Shown: in pieces, positions 19,133-27,510 of the stretch
Position numbering within the stretch: position 1 is the first letter of the stretch
How the letters are laid out: the number at the start of each line of letters is the position of its first letter
IMG/VR virus record: IMGVR_UViG_3300033075_001504
Span: 1 to 64,000 of that record
DNA: 64,000 bases
Origin: a virus
Lineage: Duplodnaviria > Caudoviricetes
Direction: 5' to 3' (one strand)
Program-made: the position numbers and the translations under genes
The notes under the pieces: generated by a model
What the model was told of the DNA's origin: nothing
Database searches by the model: none
The model's input: only the letters and a program-made list of their open reading frames with translations

Positions 19133-19600
19133 CTAGATCACGTCCTTGAGTCCCGCGGCCAGGCTGTCCTGGAAGTTCTTGAAGGCATGGGCGTTGCCCT
19201 CCTCGATGATGTCGATCACCGTCTCCACCGTCATCAGGCCCGCCTGGATGAGATCTCGCGCGCGCTCGCGCATCTTGGTCGTGGTCCCCGCCCAGACCCC
19301 ATAGTCCTCGGGCTCGGTGAGCGCGTGCAAGGCGCAGATCCGGATGACCGGGCACTCGTAGCAGATCTGCTGTGCGCGCTGCTGGCGGTCCTGGTTCATG
19401 CTCGCACGGGTCTCCTCGTTCTCCCCGAAGAAGACCTCGTCAGCGCCCTCCACGCCCCGGCAGGCGGCCTCTGCGTGCCACGCGGGCATGTACTTCGACC
19501 AGGACGGGGTAATCACATCCTCGTCACTGTCCGGTCGAGGATTCTCAACGATCTCGGTCCGCAGCGCCTCGTTGGCTGAGCGCCAGGACCGGGCGGTCAT
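19133..19600 (-). CDS. whiB: WhiB-family transcription factor
   Basis: W..AACRG...FF...AQQICYECPV..C..HAL...YGVWAG four-Cys motif. Confidence 0.92.
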   Translation of the reverse strand: MTARSWRSANEALRTEIVENPRPDSDEDVITPSWSKYMPAWHAEAACRGVEGADEVFFGENEETRASMNQDRQQRAQQICYECPVIRICALHALTEPEDYGVWAGTTTKMRERARDLIQAGLMTVETVIDIIEEGNAHAFKNFQDSLAAGLKDVI

Positions 19601-20070
19601 TCCTGGTCCGCCAGGACCTCGGCACGGTCCATCACCAGCCTGCCGTAGAGGGCGATGCAGGCGGCGTCGATGAGGTTCTGGTTCTCCTTGCACGCGACGT
19701 GCATGTCCAGGCGGTGGGTGAACAGCCAGTCCTTGACCTCGTCCTTGGTGGCGTTGCCCTTGCCCACCACGTCCTTCTTCCAGGACATGACGTTGACCGT
19801 CCGGCCCCCGACAGCCGACAGGAGAGCCCCCAGCGTCTGGTTGAGCTCTCCGAAGGTTCCGATGTTGCGCGGCCCGGCCATCGGCGGGGCCTCGATGAAG
19901 ACGTCGTCCTCGGGGGCGATGAACTCCTTGGCCTGGGCCACGATGCGATCCAGCTCCAGGGAGCGGACCACCTTGCCCGGGCTCTCGATCTTCTCCGCGT
20001 AGGCGATCTCGTCGCCGTCCAGGCAGACGAGGTAGGCGGAGCGGACGCCGATGTCGATCCCCCAGATCAA
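19597..20070 (-). CDS. ruvC: RuvC-like Holliday junction resolvase
   Basis: WGIDIG, VFIEAP, SWKKDVVGKGNATKDEV and NLIDAACIA motifs; TTG start. Confidence 0.85.
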   Translation of the reverse strand: MIWGIDIGVRSAYLVCLDGDEIAYAEKIESPGKVVRSLELDRIVAQAKEFIAPEDDVFIEAPPMAGPRNIGTFGELNQTLGALLSAVGGRTVNVMSWKKDVVGKGNATKDEVKDWLFTHRLDMHVACKENQNLIDAACIALYGRLVMDRAEVLADQE

Positions 20071-20074
20071 GGCG

Positions 20075-20105
20075 ACCCTCCTGGACTCGAAGTCAACAGG
20101 AGGGT
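20075..20105 (-). promoter_or_regulatory. Hairpin sequestering the ruvC Shine-Dalgarno
   Basis: Minus strand ACCCTCCTG-tt-GACT-tcg-AGTC-CAGGAGGGT; the 3' arm is the SD and ends 4 nt before the TTG. Confidence 0.6.
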
Positions 20106-20154
20106 AGCGCCTTGATCGTTATGAAGGGGTGGCGGAGCGTTCGGGCGTGTCGTG

Positions 20155-20490
20155 TCAGAGGCTGACGGCCGCGACCTTGACGTTGGTGACTGCCGAGTAG
20201 GTGATGTTCGCGACACCCGGGCTGGTGCCCGGCTGGAGGAAGGTCGAGTCGATCGGGCCGACGAAGGCGTAGGCACCGGCAGCCACAGTGACCGCGAGGT
20301 CGGGCTTGGCCACGCCGTACTCGGTGTTGCCCGGGACGTCGACGGTGACCGTCTTGCTCGAGGCGTCGCCGTTGCGGATGTAGAGGAAGATGCGGTCGCC
20401 CACGCGGATGGTGTCCCCGCCACCGGAGGCCGTGCCCTCGACGAGGGTGAGGCCAGCCTTGGTGATCGACTGGGTGGTCAGAAGCGCCAT
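20155..20490 (-). CDS. Small beta-rich virion protein (decoration-like)
   Basis: 111 aa, GGGDT...FLYIRNGD..SKTVTV; strong AGGAGG RBS. Function inferred. Confidence 0.55.
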   Translation of the reverse strand: MALLTTQSITKAGLTLVEGTASGGGDTIRVGDRIFLYIRNGDASSKTVTVDVPGNTEYGVAKPDLAVTVAAGAYAFVGPIDSTFLQPGTSPGVANITYSAVTNVKVAAVSL

Positions 20491-20555
20491 GGGAATGTCC
20501 TCCTGTGATGTCCTGAGTCCAGGCTAGGTACCTGCGCCACCTTCGTCGCGCCGGG

Positions 20556-20729
20556 CTAGCCCACCCTGGCCGATCCCCAGCGGTAGTGCTCCCGCGGGCC
20601 CTGGTAGTCCTTCTTCCAGTAGTACTCGTTCTCGGGGTACTTCTCCCGGTTGGACTTGGTCTGGGCGTCCTGGGACCGGTCGTAGACCCGATCCGCGATG
20701 GTCTCGATGCGGATGGTGTCGTCAGCCAT
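20556..20729 (-). CDS. Hypothetical protein (57 aa)
   Basis: ATG overlaps the TGA of the interrupted gene upstream. Confidence 0.55.
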   Translation of the reverse strand: MADDTIRIETIADRVYDRSQDAQTKSNREKYPENEYYWKKDYQGPREHYRWGSARVG

Positions 20730-20950
20730 CAGGTGTCCGTGTCGCAGGCGATGGCGGCGTTGGCCCACATCAGCGCCTCCTGAAGCGCCGTGAGCGCGAG
20801 GGCCTAGTGCCGCCCCGCCGGGAGCCGGTCGGCCCAGGCGTGGGCCAGGGCGAGCGCCTCGGCCCGGTTGGCCTCGAACAGCGGCTTGGTGGTCTCGGTG
20901 ACCGGGTGGTAGGACAACCGTCGGTCGATCTCGTCATGGACGGCGTTCAC
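20729..20950 (-). pseudogene. Acb2/Tad1-like helical-hairpin (nucleotide-sponge-like) gene interrupted by in-frame TAG
   Basis: MNAVHDEIDRRLSYHP...LPAGRH*ALALTALQEALMWANAAIACDTDT; TAG at 20806-20804; coupled to both neighbours. Absent from the ORF track. Confidence 0.75.
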
Positions 20951-21294
20951 GACTGCGCCACCTCGGGCACGGAGCCATCGAGCAGGTAGGCCTCGATCAG
21001 CGAGGCCTCCTTGAGCACCTGCTCGACCGGCTTGGTGTTGTAGTCCGCACGAGCGATGGTGACTGCGAAGGACATCGCGTTCATCCGGACCGCCTCGGCC
21101 GAATAGTCCTCGTGCTTGTAGACCGTGCGGTCCACCACCACCTCGTTGACCGAGGTGCGGTCCACCACCACCTCGTTGACCGAGTGCAGGTGGGCCTCGC
21201 TGATGAGGAGCTTGCTCGCCTCCCCGGGCGCTGCCTTGTCGATCGCCTCCTGCACGCGCTCGGCGGACAGGTTCAGGTGGGTCTCGTGGGTCAT
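20947..21294 (-). CDS. Hypothetical protein
   Basis: 115 aa ORF with internal 10-aa duplication. Confidence 0.7.
   Translation of the reverse strand: MTHETHLNLSAERVQEAIDKAAPGEASKLLISEAHLHSVNEVVVDRTSVNEVVVDRTVYKHEDYSAEAVRMNAMSFAVTIARADYNTKPVEQVLKEASLIEAYLLDGSVPEVAQS
21125..21184. repeat. Perfect 30-bp tandem duplication
   Basis: GTGCGGTCCACCACCACCTCGTTGACCGAG twice; encodes SVNEVVVDRT twice. Confidence 0.95.
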
Positions 21295-21295
21295 G

Positions 21296-21697
21296 TCATT
21301 CCTCTCGCATCTGGAACATGAGCTGCTCCTGGGTGAGGCGTCGCGAGCCGAGCTCGGCCGCGCGCTTGGACAGGTCGAGGAACGATCGCAGCTCCCCGGT
21401 CCTGAACTTGTAGAGCGGGCTGCCCCGCATCACCACGCCCTCGCGCTCGGCGGCGTGGATGAGCATGTCGATCTCCTGGGCGCGGCAGTAGTAGGCCGTG
21501 GCGATCTCCGCGAGCGCGAGGTAGGCGGGGAACTCCACCGGGGCGGGCTCGCGGCCCAGGATCACGTCCACGTACTCCTGGAGCTCGGCCCACAGGTCGT
21601 CCACCTCGGGCAGGCCCTGCGCGGTCGGGGTGGCGATCGCCGCCTGGCCGAACTGGACGTGGGCGCGGTCAGGCCGTCGGATCGTCAGCGGACTCAT
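21296..21697 (-). CDS. Hypothetical helical protein
   Basis: 133 aa ORF in the replication operon with normal codon usage. Confidence 0.7.
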   Translation of the reverse strand: MSPLTIRRPDRAHVQFGQAAIATPTAQGLPEVDDLWAELQEYVDVILGREPAPVEFPAYLALAEIATAYYCRAQEIDMLIHAAEREGVVMRGSPLYKFRTGELRSFLDLSKRAAELGSRRLTQEQLMFQMREE

Positions 21698-21884
21698 GCC
21701 GGTACCACCTCACCATCACGTCGAAGGAGCCCTGGACCTCGGCATGGACCTGCTCGCAGAACCACTTGATCCGGTCCTGGATCCAGTCGGTCTCCTGCGA
21801 AGTCCTGTCCTCGTAGGCGACGATGGCGATGCTCGGCTCGGCCCAGTCGTAGAACACCATGGTGTCCCGGCCGAGGATGAGCAT
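21669..21884 (-). CDS. Hypothetical protein (start uncertain)
   Basis: Fills the gap between operon genes. Confidence 0.5.
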   Translation of the reverse strand: MLILGRDTMVFYDWAEPSIAIVAYEDRTSQETDWIQDRIKWFCEQVHAEVQGSFDVMVRWYRHESADDPTA

Positions 21885-21891
21885 CTCCTGC

Positions 21892-22188
21892 CTAGGCCTG
21901 GACGGGCTCAAGGCGCTTCAGCCCCTTCGCGACCCCGATGATGAGCTTGTCCCACTGGTCCCGACCCTCCTTGTCGAAGATCTGGACGATGCCCGAGTCC
22001 GGGTCGTAGCCCGCCTCGCGGATCGAGCGGTAGAGCTTGGCCATGGTGGCCAGGTAGCCCGAGGTCCGCCACGAGTAGTCGGGGATCTCGTCGGAGACCT
22101 CCATCACGTCGGTCACCACCCAGGCCTCGGGGATGCCGAAGCCGTCCACCCAGGTGGGGGAGCCCTCGCTCCAGTGCACTGCGGTCAT
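21892..22188 (-). CDS. Hypothetical protein
   Basis: ATGA coupling to the Cas4-like gene. Confidence 0.65.
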   Translation of the reverse strand: MTAVHWSEGSPTWVDGFGIPEAWVVTDVMEVSDEIPDYSWRTSGYLATMAKLYRSIREAGYDPDSGIVQIFDKEGRDQWDKLIIGVAKGLKRLEPVQA

Positions 22189-22973
22189 GCTGCCAACTCC
22201 TTGTTCCGGCTCTGGGCCACGGCCTTCTTCCACGTCGTCATCAGCGGGCAGAGGTCGCGGAAGGGGCAGTTCTTCCACTCCGCGCCCTCCTGCGCCACGC
22301 ACTTGGGCTGCATCGGGGGCAGGCTCTTGGACTCCCACCCGCCGATCAGCGCATCGAGCTCGCGGTCCACGTCGGCCATCACGTCGGGGTCGAGGTGCAC
22401 GCGGAACTCCACCCAGTCCTGGGTGTTCTTGTTCTCGTAGGTGATCGACCCGACCACGATGACCGCAGCCTTGAATCCGTAGTGCATCTGCATGACGTGC
22501 TTGCTGTCGGGGCCGAAGGTCGTCACCCCGCCGAAACCGCGGTCGTTGATGCTCTTGTGCTCCCACGTCGAGCCATCCCACAGCAGCCCGTCCAGGGTGG
22601 TGCCGATGTGCAGGTCGGGGCGGTCGGCAGGGACCTCGGCGGCCGCCAGCCAGCCCTCGGTGAGCCCGGCCATCTGCCAGCGCAGGTGCACCGCGTTGCC
22701 CTCGTTGAAGATGTTCTGGAGCCGGGTGTCGTGGTGCACCCGCTCGCCCACCTGGAGGCGGGAGAACATCCGCTTGCGCAGGCACTGCCCGGCCCCCGAG
22801 GCGCGGAAGAGCGGCGTGCGCTTGCCCCGCTGGCCGCCCACGTTGCGGGTGTAGACGGCCACCGCGTGGTCGATCGCAGCCTGGGAGTAGACCGGGTCGC
22901 CCTGGGCCAACCAGCGCTCGTGGCGCGTGGTGATGGGCAGCGCGGCTGCCTTCATGATCTTGGCCAGGCTCAT
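22185..22973 (-). CDS. Cas4-like PD-(D/E)xK exonuclease
   Basis: RASGAGQCLRK, GNAVH, GTTLDG...EHKS, YENKN and C-terminal PKC...NCPFRDLC (four-Cys staple). Confidence 0.82.
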   Translation of the reverse strand: MSLAKIMKAAALPITTRHERWLAQGDPVYSQAAIDHAVAVYTRNVGGQRGKRTPLFRASGAGQCLRKRMFSRLQVGERVHHDTRLQNIFNEGNAVHLRWQMAGLTEGWLAAAEVPADRPDLHIGTTLDGLLWDGSTWEHKSINDRGFGGVTTFGPDSKHVMQMHYGFKAAVIVVGSITYENKNTQDWVEFRVHLDPDVMADVDRELDALIGGWESKSLPPMQPKCVAQEGAEWKNCPFRDLCPLMTTWKKAVAQSRNKELAA

Positions 22974-23362
22974 GAGCGCTCCGGGTAGGCGAGGGAGAGG
23001 AACTCGTCGGGGCCCCGGTAGACCGGGTAGCCGCTGGGCGCGGTGTAGACCTCGCCCGGGATGATCAGACCGCCCGCCACCGACTGCGCGACCGACGAGT
23101 GCGCCTGGCGGTGGTGGCGGTGGCACAGCGCGATGAGGTGGTAAATCTCGCCCCACTGGTCCAGCAGGCTCCCGCCGCGACGCCGCAGCAGCGCGTGGTG
23201 GACCTCCACCCCGGTGTCGAAGCACCGGGTCCAGATGTCCTGGTACTGGATGATCTGCCCCATCTCGATGGGGTTGCCCGGGATCTGCACCAGCGCCTCG
23301 CAGCGCCCGTGACTGCGCTCGTAGACGCGCCTGCGCTGGTCGTCGGTGGGGTAGTCGCTCAT
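22970..23362 (-). CDS. HNH endonuclease-like protein
   Basis: RRRVYERSHGRCE...EVHHALLRRRGGS...LIALCHRHH..AH. Confidence 0.75.
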   Translation of the reverse strand: MSDYPTDDQRRRVYERSHGRCEALVQIPGNPIEMGQIIQYQDIWTRCFDTGVEVHHALLRRRGGSLLDQWGEIYHLIALCHRHHRQAHSSVAQSVAGGLIIPGEVYTAPSGYPVYRGPDEFLSLAYPERS

Positions 23363-23712
23363 CGGCTGGTGTAGGAGGACGTGTTGGCGGCGAAGGAGGA
23401 CAGCCAGCCCCACTGGTTGCGCACCAGGGTGGCGAACTCGGCCTGGGTCAGCTCGATGGTGTCGCTCTGCGCCCACTCCAGCATGTCGATGGCGCGGTCG
23501 TAGTCCTCGGTGTGCTCCTCGGGGATCGGCAGCGTGAGGCTGCGCCGGATCACACCCGCTCGGGCATCGGCGAGCATCCGCTCGATCTCCACGATGCACC
23601 GCTCCTTGTAGACCGACACGGCCTCGAGGTACTCGGCATGGTGCGCGTCGCGATTGCTCTTGAGCCGCCGGATGAGGTCGTCCTTGTTCACGGTGATCTT
23701 GTTCAGGTCCAT
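23359..23712 (-). CDS. Conserved phage hypothetical protein
   Basis: 117 aa, HTEDYDRAIDMLEW; RBS present. Confidence 0.75.
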   Translation of the reverse strand: MDLNKITVNKDDLIRRLKSNRDAHHAEYLEAVSVYKERCIVEIERMLADARAGVIRRSLTLPIPEEHTEDYDRAIDMLEWAQSDTIELTQAEFATLVRNQWGWLSSFAANTSSYTSR

Positions 23713-23720
23713 GTCTGCTC

Positions 23721-23948
23721 CTACCTCGTGATCCGTGCCTGGATGACGACCTGGTCGCCGTTGTCCTTGTCCTGGTCGATGAAGGTCTTGAGCGTGAAGG
23801 CACCGGCGGGGATGGTCATGTCCTCCTGGGAGAGCCGCACCTCGCCCCCAGCCTGCTCGACCAGCAGCGCCACGACGCGCTGGTACTCGGTGAGGCGGCG
23901 CTCCACCTCCTTGTTGACCATCCGCTCGATGTCCTGGCCGATGTTCAT
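23721..23948 (-). CDS. Hypothetical protein
   Basis: 75 aa, coupled to dnaE. Confidence 0.7.
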   Translation of the reverse strand: MNIGQDIERMVNKEVERRLTEYQRVVALLVEQAGGEVRLSQEDMTIPAGAFTLKTFIDQDKDNGDQVVIQARITR

Positions 23949-26647
23949 GCTGCTCCTTCGATGAGGGTGTCCATGGCCCCGGAGTCCAGCAGGATGCCCA
24001 GGTGCCCGATGGTCTTGTCGCCGGTCTGGAGGTAGGGCTTGATCCCGGTGATCTTGCCGCTGGTCTCGTAGCAGCGCCGGGCGAAGTCGTCCAGGTCGGC
24101 GAAGGGCCGGTCCCCGCGCGCCTTGATCAGCTCGGTGGAGACCACCGCACCGATCTTGGGGATGGACAGCAGCCCCTTGCGCACACCGCGCTTGTCCACG
24201 GTGTAGGTCGCGCCCGAGAGGTTGATGTCCGGGGACAGGATGCGCACCCGCCGCTTGCGCGCGGCGCGCAGGTAGGTCTGCTCCTTGGTCCGCCCGGTCT
24301 TCTTGTTCTTGTTGCTCTCCCCGGCCGCCACCGCCAGCAGCGCCGCGTAGTACTCGACGGTGTGGTGGGCGATGAGGTAGGCGCAGGTGTAGGCCATCAC
24401 GCCGTAGGCCGTGGCGTGGCTGATGTTGAAGCCGTAGTTGCCGAAGCCCTCGACCGCGTGCCAGAACCAGGTCCAGTCCTCGTCGGTGAAGCCGATCTCG
24501 CGGGCGGTGGTCTCGATCATCGGCTGGTACTTCTCGATGATCCCGCGCGCCCAGGTGATGTTGTCGTTGGAGGACTTCACCGCCTTGAGGAACAGGGTGA
24601 GGTCGTCGGGCCCGAGGCCGAGCTCGCGCAGCACCGAGATGACCTGGTCCTGGAACAGGATGATGCCCTGGGTCTTCTCGGTGTGGCGCATGAGCAGGTC
24701 GTGGCGCTGGGGCAGCCGCTCCTGGCCGTGCTTGCGCTTGATGTAGGACTCGGTGTTGCCCGACTCCATCGTGGCCGGGCGGAACAGCGCCATGGCCGCG
24801 ATGACCTCGTTGATGGTGGTCGGCTTGAGGCTCTCGCAGCCCCTGCGTGCGGCCCAGCCGTCGAGCTGGAACACCCCGTCAGTCAGGCCGTTGCCGATCG
24901 CGGTGTAGGTCTTGGAGTCGCTCCACGGGATCCACGAGCGGTCCAGCCAGTCCTCGTAGCCCTTGCCGATGAACTCGAAGCAGTGCCGGATCACCGTGAG
25001 GGTCTTGAGGCCCAGGGCGTCGAGCTTGACCAGCCCGAGGTTCTCGACCTCCTTCATGTCGTACTGGGTCACCATCGTCTTGCTGGAGGCCACCTGCATG
25101 AGCGGCACGAGGTCGCGCAGCTCCTCCTCGGTGGTGGTGAGCACGAGACCGGCCGGGTGCACGCCGTAGGACTTGCACACCTTGCGGTCGTGCAGCGCCT
25201 TGAGGTCGCGCTGGTCGGAGGACGGCATGTCCTTCCACTCCAGCTTGGGCAGGTCCTGCCGGTTGCGCACGGTGTTGTACGCGACCAGCAGCGACCCGGC
25301 CTCCGAGCCGTCGTCGTCCTCGTCCGCGTCGATCTTGTAGCGGGTCCAGGTGCCGATCTGGTGGACGGCGAAGCGGCCGCGCAGCCAGGCGATGAAGTCC
25401 TTGCGCCGGTCGTGCTCCACGTCCAGGTCGATGTCCGGGGGCTTGGTGCGGTCCCGGCTCAGGAAGCGGTCGAAGGGCAGGCCCCACTTGATCGGGTCGA
25501 GCTGGGTGATGCCCAGCAGCCAGCAGAGGATGGAGCCCGAGGCCGAGCCGCGGGTGGAGAACAGGATCCTGTTGTCCCTCAGCCACTCGCAGCACTCCTT
25601 GACCAGCAGCAGGTAGCCCGCCATGCCGGTCGCGGTGATGACCTCGAGCTCCTCCTCGATGCGCGCCTCGTAGCGCGGACCCAGACGCTGGCCCGACAGG
25701 CGCATCGCCTCCAGCGCCGTGTAGACGTCCCGACGCAGGTCCCCGTCGGGGTCCGCGACAGTGAGCGGGATGTTGTAGGCGTAGTGGTCGAGCGCCGGGA
25801 TGCTCAGGTCATGCGCGGCGAGAAGGTCCCTGAGCCCTTCACGACCGGCACGAAGACGCTCGCCAGCGTGGTGACGAAGGAACCAGGACGTGCTTGCGAG
25901 GTGGAATCCGTCTCCGGGGAAGACGGCGTCGTCGGGGTCGTCACCGTAGGCGACGAGTCGCTTGAAGTTGTCGTGGTCATCCTTGTCCTCCGGCATCACG
26001 TAGTGGGCATCCTGCGTGAGCACGCAGGGCAGACCCATCTCCTGTGCTATCCCCAGCATCGCATCGGCTACCAGGCTGTCGTCCCAGCCGTCGCCGTGGT
26101 CGATGCCGTGGTTCTGGAGCTCGACGTAGAAGCGGTCGAAGGCACGGGCCATCTGCCCGAGGATCGCCCGGGTGCCCGCCTCCTCTCCCGCTGCGAGCAT
26201 CTGGATGGGCAGGCCGAAGTAGCACCCGGAGGTGGCGGCCACGCCCTTGAGCAGCCCGGCCTCGGACCACTCGGTGATGTCACCGAGGTCGATGAGGGGC
26301 TTGTGGTAGAAGTTCTGGTGCGTGAGCGTGGACAGCCGCACCAGGTTGCGGTAGCCCTCGGTGGTGTAGGCCAGCACGCACATGTGGTGGCGCTTGGCCT
26401 TCTTGTCCGCGCGGTCGCGCACGACGTAGATCTCGCTGCCGGGGAAGGGCTTGATCCCGGCCTTGGCAGCCGCGCGGTAGAGCTGGGTGGCCGCGGCCAT
26501 GTTGCCGTGGTCGGTGATCCCCAGCGCGGGCTGGCGCATCTCCGCGACGCGGTCCACCATCGACTGCACCGAGGGCATGCCGTCCTGGTAGGAGTAGCGC
26601 GAGTGGCTGTGCAGGTTCCAGATGTCGGGGTCGGCAGCGATCCTCAT
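23945..26647 (-). CDS. dnaE: DnaE-like DNA polymerase III alpha subunit (900 aa)
   Basis: PHP HSHSRYSYQDG and ITDHG; RGSASGS; catalytic PPDIDLD; KLDALGLKTL; GFNISHA; HhH GLLSIPKIG. Confidence 0.95.
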   Translation of the reverse strand: MRIAADPDIWNLHSHSRYSYQDGMPSVQSMVDRVAEMRQPALGITDHGNMAAATQLYRAAAKAGIKPFPGSEIYVVRDRADKKAKRHHMCVLAYTTEGYRNLVRLSTLTHQNFYHKPLIDLGDITEWSEAGLLKGVAATSGCYFGLPIQMLAAGEEAGTRAILGQMARAFDRFYVELQNHGIDHGDGWDDSLVADAMLGIAQEMGLPCVLTQDAHYVMPEDKDDHDNFKRLVAYGDDPDDAVFPGDGFHLASTSWFLRHHAGERLRAGREGLRDLLAAHDLSIPALDHYAYNIPLTVADPDGDLRRDVYTALEAMRLSGQRLGPRYEARIEEELEVITATGMAGYLLLVKECCEWLRDNRILFSTRGSASGSILCWLLGITQLDPIKWGLPFDRFLSRDRTKPPDIDLDVEHDRRKDFIAWLRGRFAVHQIGTWTRYKIDADEDDDGSEAGSLLVAYNTVRNRQDLPKLEWKDMPSSDQRDLKALHDRKVCKSYGVHPAGLVLTTTEEELRDLVPLMQVASSKTMVTQYDMKEVENLGLVKLDALGLKTLTVIRHCFEFIGKGYEDWLDRSWIPWSDSKTYTAIGNGLTDGVFQLDGWAARRGCESLKPTTINEVIAAMALFRPATMESGNTESYIKRKHGQERLPQRHDLLMRHTEKTQGIILFQDQVISVLRELGLGPDDLTLFLKAVKSSNDNITWARGIIEKYQPMIETTAREIGFTDEDWTWFWHAVEGFGNYGFNISHATAYGVMAYTCAYLIAHHTVEYYAALLAVAAGESNKNKKTGRTKEQTYLRAARKRRVRILSPDINLSGATYTVDKRGVRKGLLSIPKIGAVVSTELIKARGDRPFADLDDFARRCYETSGKITGIKPYLQTGDKTIGHLGILLDSGAMDTLIEGAA

Positions 26648-26817
26648 GATGCCCTCCGACGACGGCCCTCGGCGGTGAGCCTGGCCTGGAACACACCCGG
26701 GCGCTCTACGACGTACTGAGCATGGATCAGACCGGCCGCCCAGTAGGCGAGCACGACGGCAGGCTCAGCCCGCAGCGTCGCCCATCCGCGCAGCGGAAGG
26801 GACTCCAGGAGACTCAT
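26644..26817 (-). CDS. Hypothetical protein (57 aa)
   Basis: ATGA coupling on both sides. Confidence 0.55.
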   Translation of the reverse strand: MSLLESLPLRGWATLRAEPAVVLAYWAAGLIHAQYVVERPGVFQARLTAEGRRRRAS

Positions 26818-27047
26818 TCCATCTCCAGCCTGAACACCGGGCCCTTGGTGCGGGCGAGCAGGCTGGTCCACCACTCCTGGTTCTCCACCGTGTTCTCGTC
26901 GGTGGGCATGCGCACGATGGCGGTGAAGTAGAGCCCGGCCAGCGGCGTGACGCTGTAGGCGAGCGGGGTGGCCTTGCCGACCATCCCGAGGCGGGCGATC
27001 ACGGCACGGGCGACGCGGGTGTCGTTGGCGACGACGGCGACCTTCAC
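26814..27047 (-). CDS. Hypothetical protein (77 aa)
   Basis: GTGA coupling. Confidence 0.6.
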   Translation of the reverse strand: MKVAVVANDTRVARAVIARLGMVGKATPLAYSVTPLAGLYFTAIVRMPTDENTVENQEWWTSLLARTKGPVFRLEME

Positions 27048-27373
27048 GACGCCAGCCTCTTGTAGACCTCGCGCCCCTTGGGCGTGATGCGGCAGACGAT
27101 GCGCTCCACACCAGCCTCTCCCGTCGAGGTCTGTCCGGTGTCCTCGATCAGGCCATCCTGGCGCAGTTCGCCGCACCGCTTCCAGTAGCAGGTCCGGGTG
27201 AGGCTGGCGTAGATCGCCGCCTCCTCGTCGTTGAGCCCCTCGGGCCACGCGTAGTAGACGCTGAGCAGGATGTGCTTCTGGCTGCCCGCGCGGTAGGTGA
27301 CGGACTCGGCCCCTGCGATGGAGGTCTCGTAGTCGTCGGCGCGGACCATGCCCTTGCGGATCTTGATCGTCAT
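27044..27373 (-). CDS. Winged-helix DNA-binding protein
   Basis: GLNDEEAA...YWKRCGELRQDGLIEDTG...VCRIT pattern. Confidence 0.7.
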   Translation of the reverse strand: MTIKIRKGMVRADDYETSIAGAESVTYRAGSQKHILLSVYYAWPEGLNDEEAAIYASLTRTCYWKRCGELRQDGLIEDTGQTSTGEAGVERIVCRITPKGREVYKRLAS

Positions 27374-27409
27374 GGGCGTTCCTTGCATGAGGGGGAGCCG
27401 ATGGCTCCG

Positions 27410-27467
27410 TGCGTGCGCTGGTGGGAATCGAACCCACTCCGTCCGGACGGATCACCTTGCAGCGCGC
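27410..27467 (-). ncRNA. Anticodon-less tRNA-like element (acceptor stem plus T-arm)
   Basis: GCGCGCTG/CAGCGCAC acceptor-like stem (one C-A pair), 8-nt linker, TCCGTCCGGACGGA hairpin, canonical T-arm GTGGG-TTCGATT-CCCAC; no CCA. Confidence 0.5.
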
Positions 27468-27510
27468 CCCAAGCACCTCAACGGCGCTTGGATCTCCCAG
27501 GGAGGGAGTC

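Noticed and set aside
20804-20806. Genome-wide TAG recoding
   Set aside because: terL, whiB, the GH71 gene and others end in TAG at sensible positions; no suppressor tRNA was seen.
27410-27500. Canonical tRNA-Cys (CTGCAAG loop) or attP site
   Set aside because: No valid anticodon stem or D-arm, no CCA, and no integrase in the window.
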